A stretch of 64,000 nucleotides of DNA from an uncultured Solirubrobacteraceae bacterium (GTDB taxonomy: Bacteria > Actinomycetota > Thermoleophilia > Solirubrobacterales > Solirubrobacteraceae): positions 15,655 to 79,654 of the forward strand of contig CAZOQI010000045.1 of the NCBI GenBank assembly GCA_964582105.1, read 5' to 3'. The notes below the pieces were generated by a model. That model did not search any database, was not told the origin of the DNA, and worked only from the letters and a program-made list of their open reading frames with translations. The position numbers and the translations under genes were made by a program. This document shows positions 48,565 to 58,018 of the stretch, one piece after another; position 1 is the first letter of the stretch; every line of letters starts with the position of its first letter.

Positions 48565-49686
48565 CTATGCGACTCGACCGCGGTGGTAGCGGTGAGGAGG
48601 ACGATGGTGATGGCGGTGGTGATGATGATGATGGCCCGCGGCGGACGGCGCCCGGCACGGTCGATTGCGACGAGTGCAGGTGTGCACGTAGCGGGGACTC
48701 GCCAAGCCCCCCTGCCCGAGCGGCGTCTGCGGCGGGTCGGAGGTGAGGAAGGCGGCGATCGCGGGGTCGGCGATGGCCGTGTAGACCCCCGGGCCTTCCG
48801 CTTGCGCGCAGCCTTCGCCGAAGCTCACGAGCCCCGCCAGGACGTAGTCGCCCGGCGGCGAGGCGGCGGGAGTGGAGCGATCGACCACCAGCGGCCCGCC
48901 GCTGTCCCCGAAGCAGGAATCCCTGCCGCCGCTGGGCATGCCTGCGCAGAGCATCCGGGGGGTGATGGGTTGGGAGGAGAGGGATGGGCCGCTGAAAGCA
49001 TTCCCGCACGTGCTTGCGCTGACGAGGGGTATCTGCGTGGCCTGCAGGTCGGCGGGATAGGCGCCATACAGCCCCTGACTGCCGGCGAGCTCCGCGCGCA
49101 TATCGCCCCAGCCGCTGACGGTGGCGAGGATCGGCGCGGTGGCCGTGTTGGGATCGGCGTAGGCGGAGGCCAGCGCCGCGCTGACGGGTATCGGCGCGAT
49201 GCTCGAGCGCCCGTCGAGGGCCGGGGCGGCAGGGCCCTGCCAGAGCGGGTGGGCGAGCGTGATGACGGCTGCGTCGTAGTCGTTGGTGGCGGGGTCGTAG
49301 CCGGGATCCAGCGAGGTGGCCGCGGCCGGGTCCTCGATCGCGCCCTGCAGCGGCGCTTCGCCCGCGCCAAGCAGATGCCCCGAGCCCGCCAGCACGGCGA
49401 TGTCGCGCGGCGAGGCCACCCTGCCGGTGGCGTCATCGATGGCGCAGTGCGCCGCGGTGGCCACGTGCGTGGCGTCGATGATGACCCCCCCGCAGAAGAA
49501 GCCCGCGGCGACAGAGCCGGCGCGGGGGTCGTACAGCGCCACTTGAAAGGGGAAGCCGGAGATGGGGACGACGGAGCCCCCCACGATCCGCGGCGTAGCC
49601 CCGGCCGAAGCCGAATCCGCGCAGGGGCCGGCCAGAGCCAGAACCGCAGCGAGGGCAACACAACCTCGCGGCAGGATTGACCCCAT
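48565..49686 (-). CDS. secreted trypsin-like S1 serine protease with His-rich tail
   Basis: RIVGG, TAAHC, DAAV, GDSGGP. Confidence 0.9.
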   Translation of the reverse strand: MGSILPRGCVALAAVLALAGPCADSASAGATPRIVGGSVVPISGFPFQVALYDPRAGSVAAGFFCGGVIIDATHVATAAHCAIDDATGRVASPRDIAVLAGSGHLLGAGEAPLQGAIEDPAAATSLDPGYDPATNDYDAAVITLAHPLWQGPAAPALDGRSSIAPIPVSAALASAYADPNTATAPILATVSGWGDMRAELAGSQGLYGAYPADLQATQIPLVSASTCGNAFSGPSLSSQPITPRMLCAGMPSGGRDSCFGDSGGPLVVDRSTPAASPPGDYVLAGLVSFGEGCAQAEGPGVYTAIADPAIAAFLTSDPPQTPLGQGGLASPRYVHTCTRRNRPCRAPSAAGHHHHHHRHHHRPPHRYHRGRVA

Positions 49687-49990
49687 CCTGTCCGCATACC
49701 CTCGATCTGATCGTCGATCACCTCGCCGATCGCCTCTCCTGCAACCCTCGACGACGGGGCCCTTCCTCCATGCTGACATGCAGAATTAAGGCCGTCCATC
49801 GTTTTCAGTTGTGAGCAGGATACACGACTTGTGCCGCCATGAACAGAGGCAACTGAAAAGTCAATGGCTGGTGGAGACAAGCATCGTTGAGAAGGCCAAA
49901 ATGGCTGAGATCCCGTGCCGTGATGGAAGAGCGCACCCCGGGACCAGGGGTCCGTACACCCGGCACAGCCCACTACGTCCGGCGCATCTA

Positions 49991-50004
49991 CGAACATATG
50001 TTCT
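49991..50004. promoter_or_regulatory. LexA-type SOS box CGAACATATGTTCT
   Basis: Perfect GAAC-N4-GTTC palindrome ~42 nt upstream of the MTase ATG. Confidence 0.55.
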
Positions 50005-50045
50005 ATCTGCAGTGGTGCGCGCCGCCGCCCGGACCCATAGGCTTT

Positions 50046-50807
50046 ATGAACGTGAACCAGACCCGTCTCGCTGTAATAGAGGACCCCGAGCCCACGAGCG
50101 GCCGGCGCGTTCAAGGTGGCATGGCCACATCCGATGTCGTGCTCTCAGCCAATACGGGAGGCAACGCGGACCTCTTCCCAAGCATCCTCGACCTGCACGT
50201 GCCGAAGGGCGCGGTCATCGCCGACGTGACCTACGGCAAGGGCGTGTTCTGGCAGCGCGTTCGCCTGGAAGACTACGTTGTCTTGGCGAGCGATCTCCAG
50301 ACGGGCGTGGATGCGACCGCGCTGCCTTACGGCGATGAATCCCTGGACGCGCTCGTGCTCGATCCGCCCTACATGGAGGGGTTGTTCCGCAGGGACACAA
50401 ACCACATGGCCGGTGGCGGGACGCATGCGGCCTTCCGCGCGCACTACTCGGACGGCAAAGCCAGAAACGGCAATGGCCCCAAGTGGCATGACGCCGTGCT
50501 CGATCTCTACTACCGGGCGGGAGCCGAGGCCCGGCGCGTGCTCCGTTGCGGCGGCGTCTTCATCGTCAAGTGCCAGGATGAGGTGAGCGCCAACCGTCAG
50601 CGACTGACGCACATCGAGCTCATCACTCGCTTCGAAGAAGACGACTTCTACTGCAAGGACCTCTTCGTGGTCGTACGGGCCAACAGACCCGGGCTGAGCC
50701 GTGTCAAGAAGCAGGTCCACGCGAGGAAGAACCACAGCTACTTCCTCGTCTTCGTCAGGTGCGCCACCGGCAAGGGGCGCACAGCGAAGAGCGCAGCCGT
50801 CGCTTAG
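50046..50807 (+). CDS. amino (m6A/m4C) DNA methyltransferase
   Basis: DVTYGKG (motif I-like) followed by LDPPY; alternative start 50121. Confidence 0.8.
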   Translation: MNVNQTRLAVIEDPEPTSGRRVQGGMATSDVVLSANTGGNADLFPSILDLHVPKGAVIADVTYGKGVFWQRVRLEDYVVLASDLQTGVDATALPYGDESLDALVLDPPYMEGLFRRDTNHMAGGGTHAAFRAHYSDGKARNGNGPKWHDAVLDLYYRAGAEARRVLRCGGVFIVKCQDEVSANRQRLTHIELITRFEEDDFYCKDLFVVVRANRPGLSRVKKQVHARKNHSYFLVFVRCATGKGRTAKSAAVA

Positions 50808-50942
50808 CCGGACCGGCAGGCGCACCCATGCGCCAAGGCGTTTGCCGTTCTCGAATGCCTGTGCAATGCGAGTCAGCGCTCTTCTCGCAAGTTGCGGACT
50901 TCCGCGAGCAGCAGCGGCCGAGACCCTGATACACCCCGCGGC

Positions 50943-51602
50943 ATGCCCTCGAAGCGTTCCCTCGCTTGGGTCCTGGCGAACATCAAGGACCCCCACCGCT
51001 GGACGGATCCCGAGATCGTGCTGCAGGTGCTGGAAGAGACCCCAAGCGTGCGGGGCATGGTCTACGGCAGTCTCGCCGAGGTGCAGTTCTCCCGCTGGCT
51101 GGTCACTCACGGCGTTCCGCTCAAAGACCAGGTACGCGACGACGACCATGCGAAGACGAAGTCCGATCGAACGATCCTCCACAACGGACTCCGCTACACG
51201 ATCCAGGTCAAGTCGATGCAGACCAACAGCATCAGGGCGGACGGAGCCGATGGGTTCAAGGCCGGCATCCAGTGCGATGGCAGCGATCGGCGGCCCGTGA
51301 TCCTGCCCAACGGCCATCGGATCGAGACGACGAACTACGTCGCCGGCGAGTTCATGGTCCTGGCGACCCCCTTGCACGCATTCACAGGCAGGTGGGACTT
51401 CGCGTTTCGGCTCAACAGCACGCTTGATCGCACCACATCGGCCAAGTACACGGCCGAGGACCAGCGGTACCTGCTGAAGACAATGGTCCCGATCACCTGG
51501 CCGCTGCAAGAGCCGTGGAGCGCCGATCTCTTCGGCCTGCTCGATGGCGCCCCCGATCTGGGGGAGGTTGTGCGGCCAGGCAAGCGCCCTGGCGGCGCCT
51601 AG
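50943..51602 (+). CDS. putative type II restriction endonuclease, PD-(D/E)xK-like
   Basis: G.LAE..F, KSD, IQVKSMQT; adjacent to MTase. Confidence 0.65.
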   Translation: MPSKRSLAWVLANIKDPHRWTDPEIVLQVLEETPSVRGMVYGSLAEVQFSRWLVTHGVPLKDQVRDDDHAKTKSDRTILHNGLRYTIQVKSMQTNSIRADGADGFKAGIQCDGSDRRPVILPNGHRIETTNYVAGEFMVLATPLHAFTGRWDFAFRLNSTLDRTTSAKYTAEDQRYLLKTMVPITWPLQEPWSADLFGLLDGAPDLGEVVRPGKRPGGA

Positions 51603-53077
51603 ATCTGCGCCAGCTCGGCGGTGATCTCGGAGACGGCGGACTTGGCGTCGCCGAAGAGCATGGCCGTCTTGGGGTCGAAGTAGAGCTCGTTTTCGATGCC
51701 CGCGAAGCCGGGGTTCATGGAGCGCTTGATGACGATCACCGAGTGGCTGTCGGCGACCTCGAGGATCGGCATGCCGTAGATCGGCGAGGAGGGGGTGTTC
51801 TTGGCGGCAGGGTTGGTGACGTCGTTGGCGCCGATCACCAGCGACACGTCGGTGCGCTGGAACTCGGGGTTGGCGTCGTCCATCTCCCTGAGCTGATCGT
51901 AGGGCACATCGGCCTCGGCCAGGAGCACATTCATGTGCCCGGGCATGCGCCCGGCGACAGGATGGATGGCATAGCTGACCTCAACTCCCCTCTTCTCCAG
52001 CTCCTTGGTCAGCTCGCGCACGGCGTGCTGGGCCTGGGCGACGGCCATGCCGTAGCCGGGTACCACGACGACACGGTTGGCGTAGGCGAGCGCGATGGCC
52101 GCGTCGGCGGCGCTGGTGGAGCGCACCGTGCCCGCGTGCTCGCCCGCGCCCTGCGCGCCCGCGACCGCCCCCCCGCCCCCGAAGCCGCCGGCGACGATCG
52201 CCGGGATCGAGCGGTTCATGGCCGTGGCCATGAGGTTGGTGAGAATCGTGCCCGAGGCGCCCACGATCATGCCGGCCACGATCAGGGCGGGGTTGTTGAG
52301 CGCCATCCCGGTTGCAGCGGCGGAGAGGCCGGTGAAGGCGTTGAGCAGCGAGATGACGACAGGCATGTCGGCTCCGCCGATCGGCAGCACGACGGCGTTG
52401 CCCAGCAACGCGGCCACCACGAGCATGCCCACGAACAGCAGTTCCGAGTGCGCTCCCGTGACCAGATAGATGCCGGCGGCCAGCGCGAGGATCAGCAGCA
52501 CGAGGTTGACGATCTGCTGCGCCGAGCCGAAGGAGATCGGGCGCCCCGGGATGACTTCCTGGAGCTTTCCGAACGCGATGTTGGAACCCCAAAAGGAGAT
52601 CGAGCCGACGATCGCGGCGAACACCGAGAAGATCGCCACGTACGTGGGCACCCCGCCGCCGCTGACCGTAATGCCGCCTTCGCTGGTGAAGAGCGTATGT
52701 GAGCCGTAGGTCGAGCCGTGGTGGCGGAACTCCACCCACGAGATCAGCGCCACCGCGCCGCCGCCCACGCCGTTGAAGAGCGCCACCATCTGCGGCATCG
52801 CCGTCATCTTCACGTTGCGCGCCGCCGGCACCCCCACCGCGACGCCCAGCGCGAGGCCGAGCGCGATCAGGCCCCAGTTGCCCTCGCCGGGGTTCAGCAG
52901 GGTGGCGATCACCGCGATCGCCATGCCCACCGCCGCGATGCGGTTGCCGCGCACGGCGGTCGTGGGTCCGGCGAGGCCGCGCAGGCCCTGGATGAACATG
53001 GCGAAGGCGATGATGTAGAGGACGTAGATGAAACTTTCGTCCTGCAGGAAGGTGCTGGCGAGCGGCAGGGCGATCAC
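51599..53077 (-). CDS. pntB: NAD(P) transhydrogenase beta subunit
   Basis: MPQMVALFNG, VPGYGMAVAQAQH, HPVAGRMPGHMNVLLAEA. Confidence 0.97.
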   Translation of the reverse strand: MIALPLASTFLQDESFIYVLYIIAFAMFIQGLRGLAGPTTAVRGNRIAAVGMAIAVIATLLNPGEGNWGLIALGLALGVAVGVPAARNVKMTAMPQMVALFNGVGGGAVALISWVEFRHHGSTYGSHTLFTSEGGITVSGGGVPTYVAIFSVFAAIVGSISFWGSNIAFGKLQEVIPGRPISFGSAQQIVNLVLLILALAAGIYLVTGAHSELLFVGMLVVAALLGNAVVLPIGGADMPVVISLLNAFTGLSAAATGMALNNPALIVAGMIVGASGTILTNLMATAMNRSIPAIVAGGFGGGGAVAGAQGAGEHAGTVRSTSAADAAIALAYANRVVVVPGYGMAVAQAQHAVRELTKELEKRGVEVSYAIHPVAGRMPGHMNVLLAEADVPYDQLREMDDANPEFQRTDVSLVIGANDVTNPAAKNTPSSPIYGMPILEVADSHSVIVIKRSMNPGFAGIENELYFDPKTAMLFGDAKSAVSEITAELAQI

Positions 53078-53421
53078 GCGCCTGCCCCCTTCTCATCGTC
53101 CTCATCGCCTGCCCTCGGCTTGGGCTTGGACTTGAACATCTCGAGCATCCTGTCCGTGACCAGGAAGCCGCCGACGATGTTGATCGTGCCGAAGGCCACT
53201 GCGATCACCAGCAGCGCCTTGCTGAAGGCGCCCAGGTTGGGAAGCCCGAGCAGCAGCAGCCCTCCCAGCAGCACGATGCCGTGGATCGCGTTGGTGCCCG
53301 ACATGAGCGGCGTGTGCAGCGTGTTGGGCACCTTGGAGATGACCACGAAGCCGATGAAGCCCGCGAGCACGAGGATCGCGAGGTTGGTGGTGAGGACGCT
53401 TGCAAGGATGGTGGTGGTCAT
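53074..53421 (-). CDS. pntA: NAD(P) transhydrogenase alpha subunit, membrane part
   Basis: LHTPLMSGTNAIHG, GGFLVTDRML. Confidence 0.95.
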   Translation of the reverse strand: MTTTILASVLTTNLAILVLAGFIGFVVISKVPNTLHTPLMSGTNAIHGIVLLGGLLLLGLPNLGAFSKALLVIAVAFGTINIVGGFLVTDRMLEMFKSKPKPRAGDEDDEKGAGA

Positions 53422-53439
53422 TGCTTTGGAGGGCTCCTC

Positions 53440-54570
53440 TCAGGCCTTGGCCTCGACGGCGGCTTTGGCTCCCGGGTGCACGATCTCCCCCTCGCGCACC
53501 ACGCAGGCGCCCGCGACGATCTCATCCTCGAAGTCCAGCTTCAGGGCGCCGTCCTCGGCGATGAGCAGGTCGAGCAGCGCCAGCACGTTGCGCGCGAACA
53601 GCTGCGAGGAGTGCTCGGGCATCGTGGCCGGCAGGTTCAGCGGCGAGACGATCTTGACGTCGTGCCGAATCACGGTCTCACCGGGCTCGGTGAGCTCGCA
53701 GTTGCCCCCCCACTCTCCCGCCAGGTCCACGATCACGCTGCCGGCCTTCATCCCTTCGACAGCCTCCCTGGTGACGAGCCTGGGGGCGGGGCGCCCGGGG
53801 ACCAGCGCGGTCGTGATGACTACGTCGAAGCCCTTGATGGCGTCTGTCAATGCCTGCTGCTGCTGGGCGCGCTCCTCCTCGGTGAGCTCGCGCGCATAGC
53901 CGCCCTCGCCCGCGGCCTCCAGGCCCAGGTCCAGCCACATCGCCCCCAGCGACTGCACCTGCTCGGCCACCTCCGGGCGCACGTCATAGCCCGTCGTGCG
54001 CGCGCCCAGGCGCCTGGCGGTGGCCAGCGCCTGCAGACCCGCCACGCCCGCGCCGAGCACGAGCACCTTGGCCGGCGGGATGGTGCCCGCGGCGGTCATC
54101 AGCATCGGGTAGAAGCGGCCCATGTTCTCCGCGCCCAGGAGCGCCGCCTTGTAGCCGGCGACATTGCTCTGCGAGGAGAGGGCGTCCATCGACTGCGCGC
54201 GCGAGATGCGCGGGATGGCCTCCATCGCGAAGGCGGTGGCCTTGGCCTGCGCCAGCGCCGCGGTCGTCTGCGGGCTCGTGAGGGGCGCGAGGAAGCCGAT
54301 CAGGATCGAGCCCGCCCCCAGCTGGGCGATCTGCTCCGGCGTGGGCGGAGCGATCGTGACGACCACGTCGGCGCCCCAGATCTCCCCGGCATCCCCGCTG
54401 ATCCGCGCCCCCGCATCGCTGAAAGCGTCATCGGGCAGCAGCGCGTCCGCGCCCGCGCCGCTCTGCACGACCACGTCGAGGCCCTTGGCCCTGAGCTTGC
54501 CCACCACCTCCGGAACGAGCGCCACCCGGTGCTCTCCGGCGGCGGCCTCCTTGGAAACGCCTACCCGCAT
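53440..54570 (-). CDS. pntA: NAD(P) transhydrogenase alpha subunit, NAD-binding part
   Basis: PRISRAQSMDALSSQ, GAGVAGL, GGNCE. Confidence 0.95.
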   Translation of the reverse strand: MRVGVSKEAAAGEHRVALVPEVVGKLRAKGLDVVVQSGAGADALLPDDAFSDAGARISGDAGEIWGADVVVTIAPPTPEQIAQLGAGSILIGFLAPLTSPQTTAALAQAKATAFAMEAIPRISRAQSMDALSSQSNVAGYKAALLGAENMGRFYPMLMTAAGTIPPAKVLVLGAGVAGLQALATARRLGARTTGYDVRPEVAEQVQSLGAMWLDLGLEAAGEGGYARELTEEERAQQQQALTDAIKGFDVVITTALVPGRPAPRLVTREAVEGMKAGSVIVDLAGEWGGNCELTEPGETVIRHDVKIVSPLNLPATMPEHSSQLFARNVLALLDLLIAEDGALKLDFEDEIVAGACVVREGEIVHPGAKAAVEAKA

Positions 54571-54679
54571 GTGAAGGCCGGGAACCTATCCGATCGTCCC
54601 GACGGGTACCAGCCCAATGGCGCCATCGTCTCCGTCAAACCACGGGAGTACGTCCGAACACGAGAGCATTATGCTCGCC

Positions 54680-55405
54680 ATGAGCGCTTCGACGCACAAG
54701 CCCAGCGACCGGAAGGCCGTTGTGCTGCTCTCGGGTGGCCTCGACTCGGCGACCGCGCTCGCGATCGTCCAGAGCGAGGGCTATGAGCCCCATGCCATCT
54801 CCTTCCGCTATGGCCAGCGTCACGCCGTCGAGTTGGAGGCCGCCCACGCCGTGGCGGAAGCGGCCGGCGTGGCTCGCCACGTCGTCGTCGAGATCGATCT
54901 GAGAGTCTTTGGCGGGTCTGCCCTGACAGCGGACATCGCGGTGCCCAAGCACGATTCTGCCGCGGAGCTCACGGACGACATACCGATCACCTACGTGCCC
55001 GCTCGCAACACCATCTTTCTCTCCTACGCCCTCGCGTTTGCCGAGGCGCTCGAGGCAGACAATCTCGTAATTGGAGTCAACTCTCTCGACTACAGCGGAT
55101 ATCCGGATTGCCGTCTCGAGTACATTCGTGCGTTCGAAGCAATGGCCAATCTCGCCACCAAGCGCAGTGTCGAGAGTCATCGCCTCCGTATCCATACGCC
55201 TCTCATCGAAATCACCAAGGGCGAGACGATCCGGCGTGGCCTTGCCCTCGGAGTGGACTACTCGCTCACCCGGTCCTGCTATGACCCGGCGCCGAACGGC
55301 GAGGCCTGCGGCCGCTGCGACTCCTGCCTTCTACGACTGCGAGCTTTCGACGAAAACGGTCTGACCGACCCCGCGCCCTACCAGGCACGAATGCGGGCTG
55401 CGTAG
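54680..55405 (+). CDS. queC: 7-cyano-7-deazaguanine (preQ0) synthase
   Basis: [31 protein letters not shown]. Confidence 0.96.
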   Translation: MSASTHKPSDRKAVVLLSGGLDSATALAIVQSEGYEPHAISFRYGQRHAVELEAAHAVAEAAGVARHVVVEIDLRVFGGSALTADIAVPKHDSAAELTDDIPITYVPARNTIFLSYALAFAEALEADNLVIGVNSLDYSGYPDCRLEYIRAFEAMANLATKRSVESHRLRIHTPLIEITKGETIRRGLALGVDYSLTRSCYDPAPNGEACGRCDSCLLRLRAFDENGLTDPAPYQARMRAA

Positions 55406-55409
55406 CAAG

Positions 55410-56171
55410 ATGCTCGCTACGCCTACGATCGACTCCCGTCGGCACACGACGGGAGTCGTGACATTTCCCGTAGTGGAGATATTTGGTCCGACGATTCAAG
55501 GCGAGGGGCCGGATGCCGGCGTGCCCGCCTACTTCGTGCGCTTTGGGGGATGTGACTATCGCTGCGCTTGGTGTGACTCCATGCACGCTGTCGATCCCGT
55601 CGAAGTCAGGGCGCACGCCGAGCGTTTGACGACAGAGCAGATCGTCCAACGAGTGGGCGGGTTGCCCGCTGGACCAAACCTCGTCGTGCTCTCCGGCGGG
55701 AACCCGGCCCTCCTGGACCTCGGCGCTCTGGTCCGAGAGCTCAAGGGGGACGGCAGGCGAGTGGCGGTCGAGACACAGGGAAGCCGTTGGCGCGACTGGC
55801 TCTCTGACGTGAGCCGGCTCGTCATCTCCCCCAAGCCGCCGTCATCGGGCATGGCCGGGCCTGCCGAGTTGAACGCCCTGCGGGCATTTGTGAGCAATGT
55901 GACCGCGTCCTGCGCTCCGGTGCTGAAGATCGTTGTCTTCGACCAGGCCGATCTCGAATGGGCCGTCGCACGACACCGCGAACATCCCGATCTACCGCTC
56001 TTCCTGTCTGCTGGCACGGAGGTAGGCCTGCGGGAGGATGAGACCATTAGTCGTCTGCGCGAGCGCTACCGCTGGCTGTGTGAAGCAGTCGTCAGATGGT
56101 CTGATCTCCGCGACGCTCGCATCCTGCCGCAGTTGCACGTGATCGCCTGGGGCACGGCGAGAGGGGTCTGA
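55410..56171 (+). CDS. queE: 7-carboxy-7-deazaguanine synthase (radical SAM)
   Basis: [36 protein letters not shown]. Confidence 0.94.
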   Translation: MLATPTIDSRRHTTGVVTFPVVEIFGPTIQGEGPDAGVPAYFVRFGGCDYRCAWCDSMHAVDPVEVRAHAERLTTEQIVQRVGGLPAGPNLVVLSGGNPALLDLGALVRELKGDGRRVAVETQGSRWRDWLSDVSRLVISPKPPSSGMAGPAELNALRAFVSNVTASCAPVLKIVVFDQADLEWAVARHREHPDLPLFLSAGTEVGLREDETISRLRERYRWLCEAVVRWSDLRDARILPQLHVIAWGTARGV

Positions 56172-56173
56172 CG

Positions 56174-56542
56174 ATGGAGCTTTTCAAGGAGTTCACCTTC
56201 GAGGCAGCTCACCGTCTGCCCAATGTGCCACCGGATCACAAGTGCGCCCGGTTGCACGGCCATTCCTATAGAGTGCTCATCCACATCAACGGCGAGATCG
56301 ACACGGTGACTGGCATGGTGATGGACTTCGCCGAGGTGACGGCCGCATTCAAGCCCATCGTCGACGAGCACCTCGACCACTACTATCTCAACGACGTCGA
56401 GGGCCTTGAGAATCCGACGTCCGAGAACCTCGCCTGCTGGATCTGGAAGCGCCTGCTGCCCGCGCTTCCGCTGCTGAGCGAGGTGCAAGTGCGGGAGACC
56501 TGCACCTCGGGTGCCCTTTATCGAGGAGAGCACGAGAAATGA
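56174..56542 (+). CDS. queD: 6-carboxytetrahydropterin synthase
   Basis: [31 protein letters not shown]. Confidence 0.96.
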   Translation: MELFKEFTFEAAHRLPNVPPDHKCARLHGHSYRVLIHINGEIDTVTGMVMDFAEVTAAFKPIVDEHLDHYYLNDVEGLENPTSENLACWIWKRLLPALPLLSEVQVRETCTSGALYRGEHEK

Positions 56543-57354
56543 GCGCAGTGGCGGAGAAGGCACTGGCTGACGTACAGGCCAGCGGGGACGAGCGCGGCGT
56601 TGCCCTCAACGATGTGGGGATCTCCGGATTGCGTTACCCGGCAACGGTGGAGCTCGCGGATGGCAGCACGCAGCAGACAATCTGCGAGGCCCAGTTGACC
56701 GTCTCCCTGGCTGCGAACGTCCGCGGTACCCACATGAGCCGTTTTGTCGAAGCGCTTCACGATCGACACGAGGCTCTTTCGCCGGCCGGCGTTCTGGTCA
56801 TTGCCCAGGAACTAGCTATGCGCCTCGATGCCGAAGAAGCGGCCGTAAGGCTCACGTTTCCTCTGTTCATTGCGCGCGAGGCGCCGGTCACTGGTCAGGA
56901 GGCGCTGCTGGGCATCGACTGCACGCTTGCCGCACGCGCGGGACGAGCTGGTTGCAACGTGCAGGTTGGAGCCCACCTGCCGGTTACGAGCCTCTGCCCC
57001 TGTTCCAAGGAGATCTCCGACTACAGCGCACACTCTCAGCGCGGATACGTGAAGATAGAGGTGGTCGATGCCTGCTGGCCGGGCGGCGCTACAGGACTCT
57101 GGCCCGAGGAGTTGCTGACCGTCTGCGACCGCGCGGCGTCGGCGCCGATCTATCCCCTGCTCAAGCGATCGGACGAGCGTCATGTGACAATGCTTGCGTA
57201 CGACAGGCCAGCGTTCGTGGAGGACCTGGCCCGGGAGATCGCCCTCACCCTGAAGGCCGACGAGCGGGTCGCCTGTTTCGACTTGGAGGTCGTCAACCAG
57301 GAGAGCATTCACGACCATCAAGCGTTCGCACGCCTGGCCTGGAGGCGCTCGTGA
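56539..57354 (+). CDS. folE2: GTP cyclohydrolase IB
   Basis: GTHMSRF, LCPCSK, AHSQR, LLKR.DE, FVED, ESIHDH. Confidence 0.93.
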   Translation: MSAVAEKALADVQASGDERGVALNDVGISGLRYPATVELADGSTQQTICEAQLTVSLAANVRGTHMSRFVEALHDRHEALSPAGVLVIAQELAMRLDAEEAAVRLTFPLFIAREAPVTGQEALLGIDCTLAARAGRAGCNVQVGAHLPVTSLCPCSKEISDYSAHSQRGYVKIEVVDACWPGGATGLWPEELLTVCDRAASAPIYPLLKRSDERHVTMLAYDRPAFVEDLAREIALTLKADERVACFDLEVVNQESIHDHQAFARLAWRRS

Positions 57355-58016
57355 GTAGACGCATCCTCGTTGTCAGCTCGTGTACCGCCACCAAGCTGAA
57401 GACCCTCGATGGTCAGACACGTTGGGCCGAGTCGCTGTACGCTGGACAGCAGCACATGCGCCTCATGCGAGGCGTCAAGGAATACCGAGCCGCCGGACAG
57501 CCAGCGGGCCGACTGCACTTCCGAATCCTCTCGTCCTTTCACGGACTCCTCTCACCACGAGCCCCCATCTCTTCCTATGACCACTCGTTCTCTGGCCTAC
57601 CAGCGGAGACCATCCGCCAGCAGGCACACGAGAAGAACGTACCCAACGACATTCGCGAGATCCTGCGCAAGCCCTTCGATCTGGGCCTGCTGCTGCTCGG
57701 CGACCACTATCTGCACGCGTGTGACCTTGACGCCGATGTCGAGTTGGGCGGCCCGCTCATCAGCTTCTGCAGCCCTGCGGTCGCGCGGCGCCTGCCAGAG
57801 ATCGCCGGGCTTCGCACGATTGCCCTGACCAACGCTGAGGCCCAGAGTTTCTCCTGCGGTTTGGTTGCGCTCAAAGGTGAACTCGGTGGACGACTGCTCT
57901 CACGGCTAGCCACCAAACCAGACGAGATTTGCAACCTCACTTCAGTTGGCGCCGATGTGTTGGGCTGGTTGCAGGCGGGCTGTCGCGTGGGCGAAGCGGA
58001 GCCAGTGGCGGCCTAG
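57351..58016 (+). CDS. YaaA/DUF6884-like protein, probable DpdC equivalent
   Basis: VVSSCTATK, AESLYAGQQH, ILSSFHGLL, SYD; coupled between folE2 and dpdA. Confidence 0.55.
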   Translation: MSRRILVVSSCTATKLKTLDGQTRWAESLYAGQQHMRLMRGVKEYRAAGQPAGRLHFRILSSFHGLLSPRAPISSYDHSFSGLPAETIRQQAHEKNVPNDIREILRKPFDLGLLLLGDHYLHACDLDADVELGGPLISFCSPAVARRLPEIAGLRTIALTNAEAQSFSCGLVALKGELGGRLLSRLATKPDEICNLTSVGADVLGWLQAGCRVGEAEPVAA

Positions 58017-58018
58017 CA

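Noticed and set aside
49700..49990. Gene or ncRNA in the lower-GC gap before the MTase
   Set aside because: No convincing ORF or structure; possibly a remnant.
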